Below the pieces are notes generated by a model. That model had not been told where the DNA came from and made no database searches. It saw nothing but the letters and a program-made list of their open reading frames with translations. From the NCBI GenBank assembly GCA_043228905.1, contig JBHGNT010000011.1:14632001-14696000 (forward strand): a stretch of 64,000 bases of DNA. The letters run 5' to 3'. Made by a program: the position numbers and the translations under genes. This DNA is from Azolla caroliniana (lineage: Eukaryota > Plantae > Polypodiophyta). Numbering within the stretch: the first letter of the stretch is position 1; every line of letters begins with the position of its first letter. Shown here one piece after another: positions 37,980 through 53,500 of the stretch.

Positions 37980-38309
37980 TGTTGAGTGGCAAGCTCAACC
38001 GCAGCCGGATCGGCTGAATAAGCTGGAGCCGGTAAGCGAGACGGATCGGGCGAAACGGATCGGTATTACGGTGAGCAACCGAACCGGCAAGTAGTGGAGG
38101 CCGGGTGCAATCCGTAACCGGAAGTCCAATCGGAAGCCTAGTATAGGATAGACTACTAGGTAGCTATAGTCTCGTAGTAAGTGTCAGATGCTCGTGTGAG
38201 CATTGAAGTACATGGTACTTCTGTCAGTCCCAAGAGGACTTGTATAAATAGTGCTACTTAGCACAGTGTGTGTACAGAGTCTTGATATAATTTTGAAATT
38301 GTGTTCTGC

Positions 38310-38342
<33 letters not shown>

Positions 38343-41300
38343 TTGTGTTGTTCTCTGTTTTACGCTTCCGCAAACACTTACGTTTACATGGTACCAGAGC
38401 GCGAGGGTTGAGAACCTCTGCTGCAGACATTTACTCTTGAGAAGAAAACCCTAACAGGTCGAAAACAGACACAGTAGAAGACATGGATAGAGGCATGGCT
38501 ACGTCACTCCCGATGGAGAAGCTCGACAGGAGCAACTACGCATCCTGGTCTTACAAGATGCACCAGTACCTGCTTGGACACGGGTACTGAAGTTATGTCG
38601 AAGGAGCGAATGATGCGGCGCCCGACTCGGCACACAAGGACTTCCCGGTATGGGAACAGGCGGCAAGCAGGGTGATGTACTGCTTCGCGTCCAGTGTCGG
38701 CGATCAGCTGCTCAGCCACATCCGTGACGCCAAGACACCGAAGGATGCTTGGGGGAACCTGAAAAAGGTTTTCGCCGCAAGCACCACTGCCCGGAAGCTA
38801 CAACTCATACAGGAGTTGAGCAATGTTCAACAGAAGAACATGTCCGTGGCAGACTACATGGGCCGGATAAAGGAGATCTGCGACTCGCTCGCCTCTATCA
38901 ATGTTACCGTAGAGGAAGACGAGATGGTGCAGGTATGTCTCGGAGGCCTGGCGTCCAAGTTCGGAGCGTTCCGGACTGCGGTGTGTACAAGGGAGAATAC
39001 CCCCTCATTCTTCGACTTACAGTCGATGCTCCTTGTAGAGGAGAACCACGCCGGTGCATATACCAGTGCATCTCCGGACAGCTGAATGTTGTACACGGGA
39101 ACGGATCGGCTCTGTGGGCGTGGTGGAAGAGGTGGGTCGGCACGCAATGAAGGCGGCCGGCAAGAGCAGGAACGGAGGCACTATGAGCGTGCCGACAGCA
39201 GTTCTGGGACTTCCACAAGCAGGGGGAGTCAAGGCGGTGCTGGAGGCCGGCAAGACAAATCCGCTATGGAATGCTGGTACTGTGGCAAAAAAGGCCACAG
39301 GGAAAGCAAGTGTTGGAGAAAGCGTGCCGATTCGGACAAATCCGGATCCAGCAAGACCGGTAAAGATGGCCGACAAAACTCGCACTACGCAAACGGATCA
39401 GGAGGATCCGGAACCGGAAAGGCCGGTAAGGGGCCAGCCTTGGTGATGAATCACAAGGCAAACTCAATGAAGAAGACCACTTCCAAAATGGAGGAAGTGT
39501 GGTATGTTGATTCCGGCGCATCAAACCACATGACGAGCCACAAAGAGTGGTTCTCCTTTCTGGAGAAACCAGATTAACCAGGGGTAGTCGAAACCGGAGA
39601 CGACACTCCTCACCCAATCGTGCACGTCGGAGAAGTCCCTCTAAGCCACGTCGGACAGAAAGGGAAGCTGATGAACGTATTACACGTTCCGACAATCACG
39701 AAGAACCTGGTGTCCGTCGGTTAGATTGTTGACCACGGGATGCAGGTGCGGTTTACGCACCTCGGGTGCTTCATTGAGGATGAGGGCGAAGTCATTGAGC
39801 AAGGGCGCAGAGGCGGGAGGATGTTTATCCTCAACACCAATGACTTTGGTACCGCTCTGTTCGCGAAATGACAGAAGGTCGAGTCGGACATCGACCTGTG
39901 GCACAAGCGGATAGGCCACGTCAACTACCGGAGGCTTCAAGACCTGCAAACGAAACAAGTCGTTTTCGGTTTGCCGAAGTTCAGCGGTCGGAGAGCCGAA
40001 ATTTGTGAAGCCTGCGAACTTGGGAAGCAACACCGGCTTCCATTCCCCACCGAACGGAACTGGAGCCGTAACAAGCTCGATCTCATCCATTCGGATGTGT
40101 GAGGATCGGCACAAAGTGTAAGCCTTGGCGGGAGCCGATACTTCGTCTCCTTCATCGACGACCATACTCGACATACTTGGATCTACCTCATTGAGCGGAA
40201 GAGCGAATTCTTCGACTGTTTCCGGAGCCTCCAGAAGATGGTGGAACGGGAATCGGAGAGGAAGATCAAATGCCTTCGGTTGGATGGCGGAAAGGAATAT
40301 TTTTCCGGCCAATTCACTAGTTATTTGCAGCAGAAGGGAATTCGGCGAGAGTTCAGCTGCAGATACACATCGGAGCAAAACGGTGTGGCTGAAAGGAAGA
40401 ACCGGACACTCATCGAAGCGGCAAGGACAATGCTGGAGGAGAAGAGCATGCCCCGGTTCTACTGGGCGGAGGCGGTTCGGACGGCCGTCTACATACAAAA
40501 CCGCATTGGTGACAAGGTGTCAGCTCATGAGCTGTATTTCGGGCGCAAGCCGAACTTAAGACACCTTCGGATATTCGGCAGCATAGCATATGTGCATGTG
40601 CCGGATCAGAAGCGGAGAAAGCTGGATGCAAAATCGGAAAAATGCATCCTAGTCGGCTATGCTCAAGAGCAAAAGGGGTATAAGTGCTATAACCCCCGGA
40701 GGAAGGAAGTCCGAGTTAGCCGGGATGTCGAGTTCGATGAATCGGCATCCTGGTACTCCGTACCGACTCCAACTTCCGATCCCGACCCAATGCCGGAAGA
40801 TCAGGCCAGTGAGCCTAAATCAGCCCTGTCAGAGGATGATGAAGCCGGGACTCAAGATGAGAGTCCGGAATCGTTATGGTTGAGTGGACCGAACGAGCGA
40901 CTGAGTCGGTTGGACCAGTCAGATGAAGAGACGGCAAGTGGTGGAGACTCTGTCGTGCTCTCCCTGCGCAAGGAACTGAGGAAACGGTTCACGCGCAAAG
41001 AGAAGGGGAAGAGGAAGATGCCGGAATTCGAAATCGGCAACGATGAGTCGGAATCGGTGCGTATCCGAATCCGGAAAGGAGAAAGGCGGATCTTCGGCAA
41101 CGAAGACCGAACTGGCCAAGAAGGGCCTCAAATCAGGTGACGGTGCGTTGCGCCGATCAACCCGCCCGAAGGATCCCGTCATGCGGTACGGGTACAATGA
41201 ATACATGGCGCATCATTATGCGTACATGACTAAGGTGACAGAAGTGCGTGAGCCGGAGAGCTACGCAGAAGCGGCACAGAACGCAAATTGGCGTGCCGTA

Positions 41301-43191
41301 ATGGACGAAGAAATGCGGGCACTCGATGCCAACGAAACTTGGGACCTAGTTGATCCTCCCCGTCACTGTAAACCGATCGGATGCAAGTGGGTGTACAAAG
41401 GTCAAGTACAACGTCGACGGTTCTGTTAACCGGTACAAAGCCCGGTTAGTGGCGAAGGGATACGCGCAGACCCACGGAATCGACTACGACGAGACCTTCG
41501 CTCCTGTGGTGAAGATGATGACGGTTCGTGTGGTATTGGCGGTTGCTGCGGCAAGGGGGTGGCATCTTCACCAGATGGATGTGAAGAACGCCTTCCTTCA
41601 AGGAGAGCTTGAAGAAGAAGTCTTTATGACTCAACCCCCCGGATTTCAATCGGAGATGAACAAGTCAGCGGTATGCCAACTGAAGAAGTCGCTTTACGGC
41701 TTGAAACAAGCCCCCCGAGCTTGGAATGCGAAGATCACGCACCGGTTGCGTAAGCTGGGGTTTGCTGTCTCTAAGTCGGACTCTTCATTGTTCATCCGGC
41801 AAGGCTCTGACGGTCCGGTATATATACTCTTGTATGTGGATGATTTAGTCATCACCGGACCGGGTCTTCCCGAAATCAACCGCGTCAAGTCCCAGTTGTC
41901 GGACGCATTCGAAATGAAGGACCTGGGGGACCTTCATTATTTTCTTGGGATCGAAGTGATCCGGACCCCCGATGGCATATTGCTCTCACAACGACATTAC
42001 GTGTTGAATATGCTGTATAAGTTCGGCATGACGGATTGCCGACCTGTCTCCACACCCCTGGACTGGAACCAGAAGCTCCATCCCAACTCCAAACCGGCCT
42101 GCAATGAGAAACGGTTCCGACAGGTTGTCAGAAGCCTGATCTACTTAACCATCACCTGACCCGACATTAGCTATCCGGTCGGCATGGTAAGTCAGTTCAT
42201 GTAGAAGCCGACCGTGGAGCACCTTCAGTGCGCACAACGAATATTACGGTATGTCAGCGGCACTAAGGACCGGGGACTGCTATACCGGCGAGGTATACCC
42301 GAAGAGCTTGTCGGTTACACAGATGCTGACTGGGCCGGCGATGCGTCTGATAGCCGCTCCATTTCCGGATACATGTTCTCCATAGGTAGCGCAGCCGTTA
42401 CGTGGAGCAGCAAGAAGCAACCCACAGTGGCTTTGTCAAGCACTGAGGCTGAGTACCGGGCCGCTACCGTTGCCACTTGTGAAGCCATCTGGCTTCGGCG
42501 ACTGCTGCGCGACTTGCGGATCGAGGTACCGACCCCGATCCCGATTTACTGCGATAACATGAGCAACCTGCAGCTCGCCAGGAACCCTGTGTTCCATGCT
42601 CGCACAAAGCACATCGAGGTGCACTACCACTTCGTGCGTGAGCAGGTCCTGAGCGGTGAAGTTGACCTACGGTATGTTCATACGGATCGGCAAGTTGCCG
42701 ACATCTTCACCAAGCCGCTTGGATCACACAAGTTGCAGCACTTTACCGACATGTGTTGGCCGGTCAGAAGAGCAAGGACAAGTGGGAAGGCGGAGTCGGA
42801 TCGAATAATAGGAAATAAATAATAGTAGAATTATTATTCGGAGGGACGGATCCGGTACAGTTGTACCGATCCGGATCCGGACCGATTCGGATGTCGGTTG
42901 CCTAAGCGCACCGATTGTAACCTTGCCGGATGCCTATAAAAGGATCCGATGATTTGTAAAGGGTTTGACGGAAGTAATACAATAGTAATTATTGCGTGTT
43001 TATCTGTATCTTCGTATTGTTTACCGTCTGTGCTTAATTGTAATCATCTTACGCGTGTAACCTAGCATCCAATCCTTACCACCCCTTTGGAGAACTGTCG
43101 GATAGACACATGTGTTGAGGCTAGTCCGGCCAGGCAGACAACACTATTTTGGCGACCACGATTCCTGCAAAGTGCAGAGGAAAACCGGGGG

Positions 43192-46100
43192 ATGGATGTC
43201 TAGACCAAACGACGACCACATCACCGATTGAGGGAGACGATACACCGAACGCGAGCAACGACGGGAAGCCCTGCAGCAAGCCGTCGACGAGATCCGGCGG
43301 GATCGGTCATTCTCCAAAACTCTTCGGAGAGTCATAGAAGAAGCACTGCAGTTCTGGGTTCTGCAAATCCCCGACGAAGGCAGTAGCATAACAAGCTTGC
43401 AAGAGGCGGAAACGATACTACAGACGCTCGCTGGGGGCGACGGGGACTCGGAAGCATTCGCAACACTTGAGGCGGAGTCGGAAAGCGACGGAAGCATTGC
43501 GTCCCGGTATAAAAGCAGCCACGACACACCAAACGACCGGGAGGAAGAGGGGTCAGAAGACTTAGTAACACCGGAACCAGAGGAAGAAATAACCCTGGAA
43601 GTTGGTGACCGGCAATCGCCGAGGGAGGTTGACCGGATATCGACAACAACCGCGAAGGAACCGAAGGAGCGGATTTCGGCAACACCCGCGGAGGAACCAA
43701 AGGTTCTCACACCAAGGCCAACAGCGGACAGAGAGCGGAGGAACCAGGAGAGTCAGTTGGACGACACGATGCCGTACCCATACCCTAAGTACCGGGATGA
43801 GGCCGACGCGGAGGCACACGTGTACGCATTCCTCCAAACATGGGAAGCCAACCATGTCTCCCAAAGACTGACGGAGCCCGAAGCCGAACGATCCAAAGTC
43901 GCCGAATTCGGCATAACCTTAGAAGGACCGGCGGCCCGATGGCACGCAAAGCACTTACCGGGCAGCTTTGCCACATTCGATGCCTTGAAGGCCAGATTCC
44001 TCAGGCTTTTTCACAGACAATTTGAGCAAAGGGAATTGGTCGGGCAGTTCTACACCACCCGGCAGGAAGAGAACGAGATTGTGCCACAATTCATCATTCG
44101 GTTTCAGACCCTGCACAGCCAACTGACAAGAGCACCACCCGAAGACGAAGCCAAAGCAGTCTTTTTGGCTGCGCTGAAAGAGCCACTTCGAACAATGTGC
44201 AGAGTCCTTGATTTCCAAACCAGCACAATGGACCAAGTTATTGATCGGGTTTTAGAAATGGACAAGACTAGCCCCTTCTTGTCGATGGGGATGTTACACC
44301 GGGCACTCCCGAAGGAGGAAGACCTGAGGTTCCGACAGGCCTTACAATGCACAACATGCCTAAATTCGGGGCACTCAACAGTAGACTGCACCCTGCGGAC
44401 ACAATGTATGATCGGCAACTCTCGAGCCCATACAATGGACCGATGCGAATATAACCTGTTAAATCGGCAGGCAGCACCGGTTCGACACATAGAACCGCGC
44501 AATCAGAACCCGGACGAGGATCGATTCCGGAGAGACGACCGCTACCAACGCGAACGCGGTAATAGATACGCTGATAGAAGATGCGATAACTATGACCGAG
44601 AAGAGAGACGAAGAGATAGCTACCCCCGGGACCGGTACAACCGAGACGAATCCCCGGAATACGAACGACGCAGAGAAGAGAGGCGACAAGGGAACTGAAA
44701 TTTCCGACGGAATCAGAAGCGTGGATTTTTCCGAAGAGAGGAACGTTGGGAGGCAGCGAGGAATGACAACCCGGGATCGGTACCGGATAACTGAAAAACC
44801 GAAAAACCGAAGACGACCGCCGGAGCATACCCACCCTCCAAACCGGGGACAAAGGAGAAACGAGCAACAGTCACAAGGTGTACTGTTATTACTGCCGTAA
44901 GGAAGGCCACTATAGTAACCAATGCCCAAGCAAAACCAATGACAAGCAGCCGGAAGTCAACATGGTTACAGCCGAAATAACAGAAGTACAGCAGGTCACA
45001 ACTCGGTCAAAGGGAAAGACCGCCGAGTGGGAAGCCCAGGAGGCAATCAGAAAACAAGCGGCACAATGGATCAAGGAGGCCAATGAACAGAATGCGGCAA
45101 AAAATAAGAGACCAAAATATGCCAAAAGACGAAGAAATCATACAGCCAGGAGAAAACCCGACGTGGCAAGCGCTACAGGACTGTCAAATCGTGCTGCCGT
45201 TAGCACGACTACTACAGTTGGTGCCACGGTTTACGACAGACTTACAGGCATCTGTGAGCAAACCGAAGCCGACGCCAGCACCGGCATTCTTCTCTAATCC
45301 GGAGGAAGGACCAGCGGTGGTCGATACAAGTAGCCCGGCGATCACGGCAATCGTGAAAGGAAAGGAAATTGTTGGAACGATTATTGACGGAGGCTCCGGG
45401 GTAAATGTCATCAGCCGACAGACATGCAACAACCTGGGCATCCGGGAATGGGAACCATGCCCCTTCTGGTTACGCATGGCGGATACCAGCTCAGTCCGAC
45501 CGACCGGGCTTATCCGGGATTTGGAAGTAACGATCGGAGGCCACGTATTCCGGATATCAGCCATGGTGCTGCAGCTGAATGTACAAGGCGTGTACCCCCT
45601 ACTGCTAGGACGACCATGACTGCGAACAACGCATATCAAGCAGAGCTGGCAAAAGAACATGATCGCATTCCGGCGAGGGAAAACAAAGGTACGAGTACCG
45701 ACGCAAGCACGGGTGATCACCAGTAAGGAAGCAACTCCATTGTATGCGGAAAGCATTAACATGTTGGAGGGATTACCGGACGAGGAAGTTGAGCGGTACC
45801 TCGAGGAACACCCACGAATCGTCCCACTATTTGAGGTGGATATCACGGCGGCAGTAGAACCGTACATTACGACGCCGGATGAACCGGACCAAGCGGCGAT
45901 CCGGGAACTGCGACAAGCGCAAGAATCCCTAGAGAGGGAAATGACGATATCCCAGAGAGTAAAAGCATCCCAACTAGAGGAGGTGGACCTCGGCACAGCA
46001 GACAAGCCCCGACCGGTAAATATTGCAAAGGAATTGCCGAAGGAAGAAAGGAAGGCAATGGTAGCATTATTAACAGACTTCAAGGATGTGTTCGCGTGGT

Positions 46101-48977
46101 CCTACGAAGACATGCGAGGGCTGGACCCCCAGCTCTATCAGCACCAAATTCACCTAAGTACGGACGCGAATACGATCGCTCAACGTAGGTACCGGATGAA
46201 TCCGAATTATGCGGCAAAGGTGAAGGAGGAAATTGATAAGCTCCTCCGGGTCGGATTTATCCGACCGGTCAAGCAGGCAACCTGGCTGAGTCCGATAGTG
46301 GTGGTCCCGAAAAAGAACGGCAAAATCCGGGTATGCATGGACTACCGAAAACTAAATACCGCAACAGTGACCGATGCGTTTCCACTACCATTTACGGACG
46401 GGGTGTTAGATGCGGTAGCCGGCCACGAAGTTTACAGCTTCCAAGATGGATTTAGTGGCTACAACCAAATACGAATGAACCCGGCCGACCAGGAGAAGAC
46501 AACGTTCGTGACGGAATGGGGAGTGTTCGTCGCGGTCGTGATGATGTTCGGACTAAAGACGGCTCCAGCGACCTTTCAAAGGATAATAATGGAAATTTTC
46601 GGGGAATATATCCCCGGTTTTATGCAGGTCTTCCTTGACGATTTCGCGGTCTACAGCCGGCACAGAGAGCATCTCGATCACCTCCGGCTGTGCTTGGAGA
46701 AGTGCCGCGAGTACCGATTGAGCCTGAACCTGGCCAAGTGCGTCTTTGGAGTGGCAAGCGGCAACTTACTAGGGCACGTGGTGAGTAAGGAAGGAATCGT
46801 GGTAGATCCGGATAAAGTCAAGGCGATTCTCGAGGCACCAGCACCAAATAACGCAAACGCTTTAAGCCGGTTCCTGGGCCAAATAAGGTGGCATAGCCGG
46901 ATGATACGGCACCTCGCAGACTTCGCTACACCATTACATACCGTCGTACACAGGGTACCCTTCCTATGGGCGGAGACGGAGGAGGAAGCCTACCAAGCGT
47001 TGAAGGTTATGCTGTCGCAAGCTCCGGTGGTGCAACCGCCGGATTGGAGTAAAAGCTTTCACGTCTTCGTCGACGCGTCGGACGTAGCAATCGGCAGCGT
47101 TCTGATGCAACTCACGGAGCCGAAATGGTACCGACCGGTGTACTACGCAAGCCGGAAACTCTCAAAAGCCGAGCGGAATTACTCTACGACGGAACGCGAG
47201 GCATTGGGAATGGTGTATAGTGTCACAAAGTACAGGCACTATCTGCTCGGAAGGAAGTTTTCCTTCCATGTCGACCATTCGGCACTACTCTACCTGGTCT
47301 CGAAGGCATCCTTGACAGGAAAAATTGCACGATGGACACTGTTGTTACAGGAATTTGAATTCGACATTTTCCACCGACCCGGGGCGCAGCATGCGGTAAC
47401 GGACTACCTAAGCAGACTCGAATCCGGAGAAGCAGGGGACGGCGTCCAGGATGAGTTCCCCGACGCCGAGTTGTTCTGGATCACGACGAAACCGGCAACG
47501 GATGCAACGGTAGCCGATGAAGACACGTGGCTAACTGAGATGCATCAGTTCTAGAGCACCGGAGTTCCCCCGGAGAACATGGACCGCAATGAAAGGAAAA
47601 GGGTAGCAGTAAGAAGCAGACATTTCTGCTTGGTTGGAGACAACCTCTATCACAAGGGGGCAGATGGCATCTGGAGACTAGTAGTGCGGAGCGATGAGAA
47701 GGATCTAATCCTCAGGGAAGCCCACTGTGGAATTGCCGGCGGGCATTATGCCGACGACGCAACCGCTCGGAAAATATGGCAGAGCGGACTGTGGTGGCCC
47801 ACCACCCTAAAAGATGCCGTGAAGTATAGCAGAGAATGTGATTTGTGTCAACAACTGGGCCAACCCACGGAGCAGGCCCGGATGCCACACCACCCGGTCT
47901 TGCCTTTGGAACCGTTTCAAAACTGGGGTTTGGACTTTGTCGGTCCCTTCAAGCCACCGACAATGCGAACCGGAAATCGGTATGTCATAGTGGCGACCGA
48001 CTATTGCACCAAATGGGTAGAAGCAAAGGCCTTACGGGACAACACGGCCGCGTCCACGACAAAGTTTCTGTACGAGTGCATATGGTGCCGGTATGGATGC
48101 CCGATCGAGCTTATAAGTGACCAAGGAGGACATTTTCTCGGGCAGGTAGTAGAAAGCCTCACGTCATTTTACGCGGTGGTACATAAAAAGAGTACTCCCT
48201 ACTACCCTCAAGCCAATGGACTAGCGGAATCAACGAACAAAACTCTGCAGAACATCCTACGAAAAATCGTCAACGAGAACCGGACCGACTGGGATACGAA
48301 ATTGCAAAGCGCGCTATGGGCGTACCGAACAACGTACAAAACCAGCATCCGGACAACCCCGTTCCGACTAGCATTTGGTTTAGAAGCGGTCATGCCGGTA
48401 GAGTTCCAGATCCCCAACTTACGGATTCAGGTGAAGGAGCGCTTAAGTGAGAACGAGTCCGAACGAATCCGGCAGGCGACATTGTTGGAATTAGAAGAAA
48501 ACCGAATAGCCAGCTTACTACAACTTGAACTGGAGCAAAGGAGGAGAAAAGCTTTCGTGGACCGACACCGGCGTGGCAACGAAAAGGAGTTCGAAGTCGG
48601 GCAAACCGGTGCTACTATTCCAGACACGGATGGGGAACATGCCGGGAAAGTTGCGGTTTCGATGGACCGGACCGTTCTGGATCACCAAGGAGTACAATGG
48701 GTCGTATCAGCTCGGCACGTTGTCTGGAGATGTCATCGGCAAGTGGGCAAATGGGTTTCGGCTAAAGCCGTATAAGGGAAATATGCCAGCGAACCCGTTC
48801 AAGCAAAACCCGGAAATCCGGCAAGATGAGGAACCGACACCGACAGACGCTGTTGAAGATATTCGGACCGAGGAAGAACCGACACCGATACTGACAAAGA
48901 CTATCCCGGAAAACCGACAGAAGGATCCGGTATCCACACGAACCGACCCGAACAAATCGGGGGGGACCAGCAAATGA
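43192..48977 (+). pseudogene. Gypsy-E gag-pol (gag, zinc knuckles, protease IIDGGSG, RT FLDD, RNase H, integrase) with stops and frameshifts
   Basis: ORFs 43397-44698, 44878-45297, 45083-45619, 45659-47554, 47579-48775 and 48525-48977 (GP[F/Y] module RWTGPF). Confidence 0.9.
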
Positions 48978-50585
48978 CGTGGTCCAAACAAAGAAAAAAA
49001 GAAAAGAAAAAGAAAACGTGGGCAAAATCGACGCGAATCATAGTAATGATGGGGAGATCACAAGAGGTGGGAGCGCCACCATGCAACGAAGAGGCGCCAT
49101 GCATTAAAGAAGGACGTGCGCGCACTTGCTATTTAAAGCATGGAACATGGGCACTCACACGCGGCAAACAAGAAAGGACATACTAATTATGGCGGGAGAG
49201 GAACATGCGCGGGAAACGAAAAAGGGCGGCTCGAGGAAAAAGCCACTATATAAGACACAGGCCTGCGAAGGACTCACTTTTTACGAATTTTCCTATATAC
49301 AGGCGCAGAAGCACAGAAGAGCGATCCGACGCACAGAGCACACACAGCCCGATCCCGAACAACAGGCAGCAGAAGAAGAATTCGAAACAATGGTACTGTC
49401 GGAAGAGGCACGCCAATGGATGAGGGAGAACGGGTTAAAAGGATTGCTGCGGATCGCCGACGCTCCACCACACGCAGAACCAGAGCAGGCGGCAACATCG
49501 ATCGATTTATCAGAAGTCACGGAAGGAGCGGTGCAGGCGCTCACGGGGATAAAAGCAGGAGGGCTTCAAACAATCAAAAACCCTTCAAGCGAAATCCTGT
49601 TTGAATATTTCGGTGAGTACTCTATCAGCAGCAAGGCGTACCGAACACAGGGCGGAGAGAACCTGCTGTTCGGAGAAGTAGCCCGCGCCATGATGGAATA
49701 CGGATTCGTGAATCCTCGTCCCCCGGCAATAGCCAAGTACCGGGCAGCGTTCTTAATAGCAGCGTACGAAGGCTTACAAGTAGACTGGCTCCATTTCATA
49801 ACCGAAGGATTGAAGGAGGCCATCAAGAATCTTGTGGAAGGAAAAAAGCCATGGGCCGGGATAGCACAATGGCTAACGGTGTTAGTCCCACCGGTGCTCC
49901 CCATCACACAAAAGAAAAGAGGTCGGCAGGAGACGACACCGAAAAAGGTCACAAAGCGCCGACAGATCTTGGAGAAACACACCCCCGGATGGACCCAGCA
50001 AGAAGCAGAACAACGGGGGGAAGGACCATCTCGACAACAACAGGAACCGGCAACAAAGGCAAAACCGGCAGGTAAAGGCAAAGGGAAATCGGCCGAGGAG
50101 GAACCAGTAGCGCGCAAACCAATCCATATAACGCTACGACGGCCGGAACCGGAACCAGAGGACTTTATACAAAAGGTCCGCCTGGTAGCCGCACCGGAGG
50201 AGGAAGCTGAAACAGAAGACTCATCCGAACCACTGGTAAGACTCCCAGCAAGACAGGGTCGGGAGAGACGGGCGAAAGGACCGGCTCCACCAGTTGACAA
50301 AACTCAGCAGAGGGCGCAAGGACCACCTCCAGTAGCTGAGGCGGAAGCAGTACCGGAACCCGTACCAAGGGAAACAGCACCGACACCGGTTGTGCCGAAC
50401 TTCAGAGAACCGGTCATCCCAGAGAAGAAGAAGGAACAAGCGCCGGAGCCAGAGAAAAGGCCGGAAAAACAGCCTGAGTTAAGTGAGCAATGCCACCCCG
50501 ACACAGGAAGAACAAAGCCACAATGGCTGAGATGGCTTTCGGAGCAGTTATCGGGAGTAGCGGACCAGTTAGAGAAAGAAGAAAT

Positions 50586-53500
50586 TGTCGAAATTCCGTG
50601 CTCGGCCACAACCGAGGAACAGGATCGATTCACAGAAAACGGGAAATACAACAATGCACGAAAAACAATAGAGAGAAGGGCACACTGGATGTTTTACGTG
50701 GAAAACCCTAAATGGGAAAAACCACGGGAGTGCAAGACTCCAACTATCACTATACGCGGGAATGTACAATGGCGAGCTGCAAGGCGACGACCTTGAGCTC
50801 GCTGTCCTCGCCACAGGCGGCGGTATTACACAGAGGCGTCGACCTCTTCCTTCCTCCTTCTCTCTCACACTCTCTCGGCTGCTCTCACTTCGCTCCCTCT
50901 TCGTGGAAAACAGAAAAATGAGCAACAACGACACACTGTTTTGCCCTAAGTCATATTTATACACATATGACTTTCGGGCTATTTACAAATATAGCCTCAA
51001 GGGCTCTTGGCAAACATATTCACAAATATGTCCCCGCATCCGGATCTCTCTCCGGGTACATTCGTCATCCGGCTCCGTAACCGGGATCTTCATCATCCGG
51101 ATCCGGATCCGGGTACTCTTCATCCGGCTTCATGCCGGGTACTCTTCATCATCCGGTTCCGTAACCGCAACCGGGCTTGCCGTCATTCATCTCCGGACAT
51201 CCCATCCGGAGGGACCGAAATCCCAACAAACTCCCCCTTCACTTCGGCATGGGATGTCTCTCCAATCCGACTCTCTTCCGGCACGCTCCCAACTTGTCGG
51301 GTGTGAGCACTTTGGTCAGCATATCTGACCCGTTCTCTTCCGTGTGGATCTTCGTCAGCACGAACTCCTGGTCTTCTATCCTTTCCCGGATCCAGTGATA
51401 TCTTCGCTGGATGTGCTTCATCCGGGAGTGATAGGCCGCGTTCTTCGCAAGGTGGATGGCACTCTGACTGTCGCAGTAGAGTCGGTACTCCTCTTGCCGG
51501 ATACCGAGCTCTCTAATGAAGTCCTTCATCCATATTATTTCCTTGCCGGCTTCAACAGCCGCCATGTACTCCGCCTCCGTGGTTGACAACGCAACCGTCT
51601 TCTGCAGCCTCGACTGCCACGAAACAGCTCCCCCTGCATACGTCATCACATACCCTGATGTGGACCGGCTGGTATCTGCATCAGCCGACATATCAGAATC
51701 AGTAAAGCCGTCGAGTTCGGGCTTACCGGAGCCGAATCGGAGGCACACGTTTGCCGTGCCCTTCAGGTATCGGAGTATCCACTTGACCGCGTTCCAGTGC
51801 TCTTTGCCGGGATTGCTCATGTACCGGCTCACCACTCCAACTGCATATCCTATGTCCGGTCTTGTACACACCATTGCGTACATTAAGCTTCCGACGGCAG
51901 AGGCATATGGTACTTTCATCATGTCCTCCTTCTCAGCCTTTGTCTTGGGGCTTTGCTTGCTGGACAACTTGCAGTTTCCCGGGAGGGTTGACCCGACCGG
52001 TCTTGCTTCCGACATGTTGAACCGGTGAAGCACCTTTGTCACGTACTTCTCCTGTGACAGCCACAACTGTTTCTTCTTCCGGTCCCGGATGATGTGCATC
52101 CCTAATATTTGCCTCGCCGGACCCAGGTCCTTCATTGAGAAGGTTCGATAAAGCGCTTTCTTCAGCGTCCGTATCTTGACCTGGTCCCGTCCGACGATCA
52201 ACATGTCGTCCACGTATAGGAGGAGTATTAGAGAGTCTCCTCCTTCGAACTTCTTCACAAACACGCAGTGATCGGACTGCGTTTTGTGGTACCCTTCGTC
52301 GGTCATGAAGGAGTCGAACTTCCGGTACCATTGCCGGGGAGCCTGCTTCAGTCTGTACAGGCTTTTCTTCAACCGGCATACCAGGTGCTCCTTCCCTTTC
52401 TTCTCGAATCCTTCCGGTTGCTGCATGTAGATCTCTTCTTCGAGGTCACCGTGAAGGAATGCCGTCTTCACGTCCATCTGTTCTACCTCGAGGTCCATGC
52501 TTGCCGCTATGCTCAGCATCGTCCGGATGGAGGTCATCTTCACTACCGGGGCGAATATCTCGTCGAAGTCGACGCCCTTCTTCTGCTGAAACCCCTTCAC
52601 CACGATCCTGGCTTTGTATCTCGGGGGGTTTCCGGCATCTCCCGGTTTCAGCTTGAACACCCACTTGTTTCGAAGTGCCCGCTTTCCTTTCGGCAACTCC
52701 ACAAGTTCATATGTGTGGTTCTCATGCAGGGAATCCATCTCGTCCTGCATGGCACTCAACCACCTGCGGCTCTGGGTGTCATGCTTTGCTTCTTCAAAGC
52801 TCTCCGGCTCCCCTTCGTCGGTTAGCAGCACGTGCTCTGGTTCCGGAAATCTCCGGGGGGCCCTTCTCTCTCTTAGAGGATATCTCCGTTCCGGAGCTTC
52901 GGTAACCGGTTCTTCCGATTCTTCTTCATCCATATCCATTTCGGGATCGGGGCCGGTTCCGGTATCATTTTCATCTTCTTCGGCCGGTTCTATTTCTTCA
53001 TAGTCTTCGGCCGGATCCTCGAGTGTTAACCGGTCCCTTGCCGGTCGGGACTGCTCCTCGTAGAGTTGATCCTCACCGGTCGACTTGGAGCTCTTCATCT
53101 TCTTCTCTGACTCCCAGTCGGCGAGTGTCTTGTCCTCCATGAAGATGATGTCTCGACTCCTGAATATCTTCTTGTCGACCGGGTCCCATACTCGGTAGCT
53201 GAACTCGTCGTCGCCGTAACCGAGGAATATGCATGGCCGGGTCTTTGGATCTAGCTTTCCTCTCCGGTCCTTTGCCACATGCACGTATGCGAGACACCCG
53301 AACACCTTCAGATGCCGGTAGGACACTTCCTTACCGGTCCACACTTTCTGCGGCGTGTCTCCGTCCAAAGGTACTGAGGGTGATCTGTTTATCACGTATG
53401 TCGCCGTCGACATTGCCTCAGCCCAAAACCCCTTGGGTAATTTCGCATGCGCCAGCATACTCCGGACCCTCTCCATTATGGTCCGGTTCATCCTCTCGGC

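Noticed and set aside
50569-51398. Duplicated ORFs also seen at 55321-56008
   Set aside because: They are chance frames within the two Copia-F LTRs.
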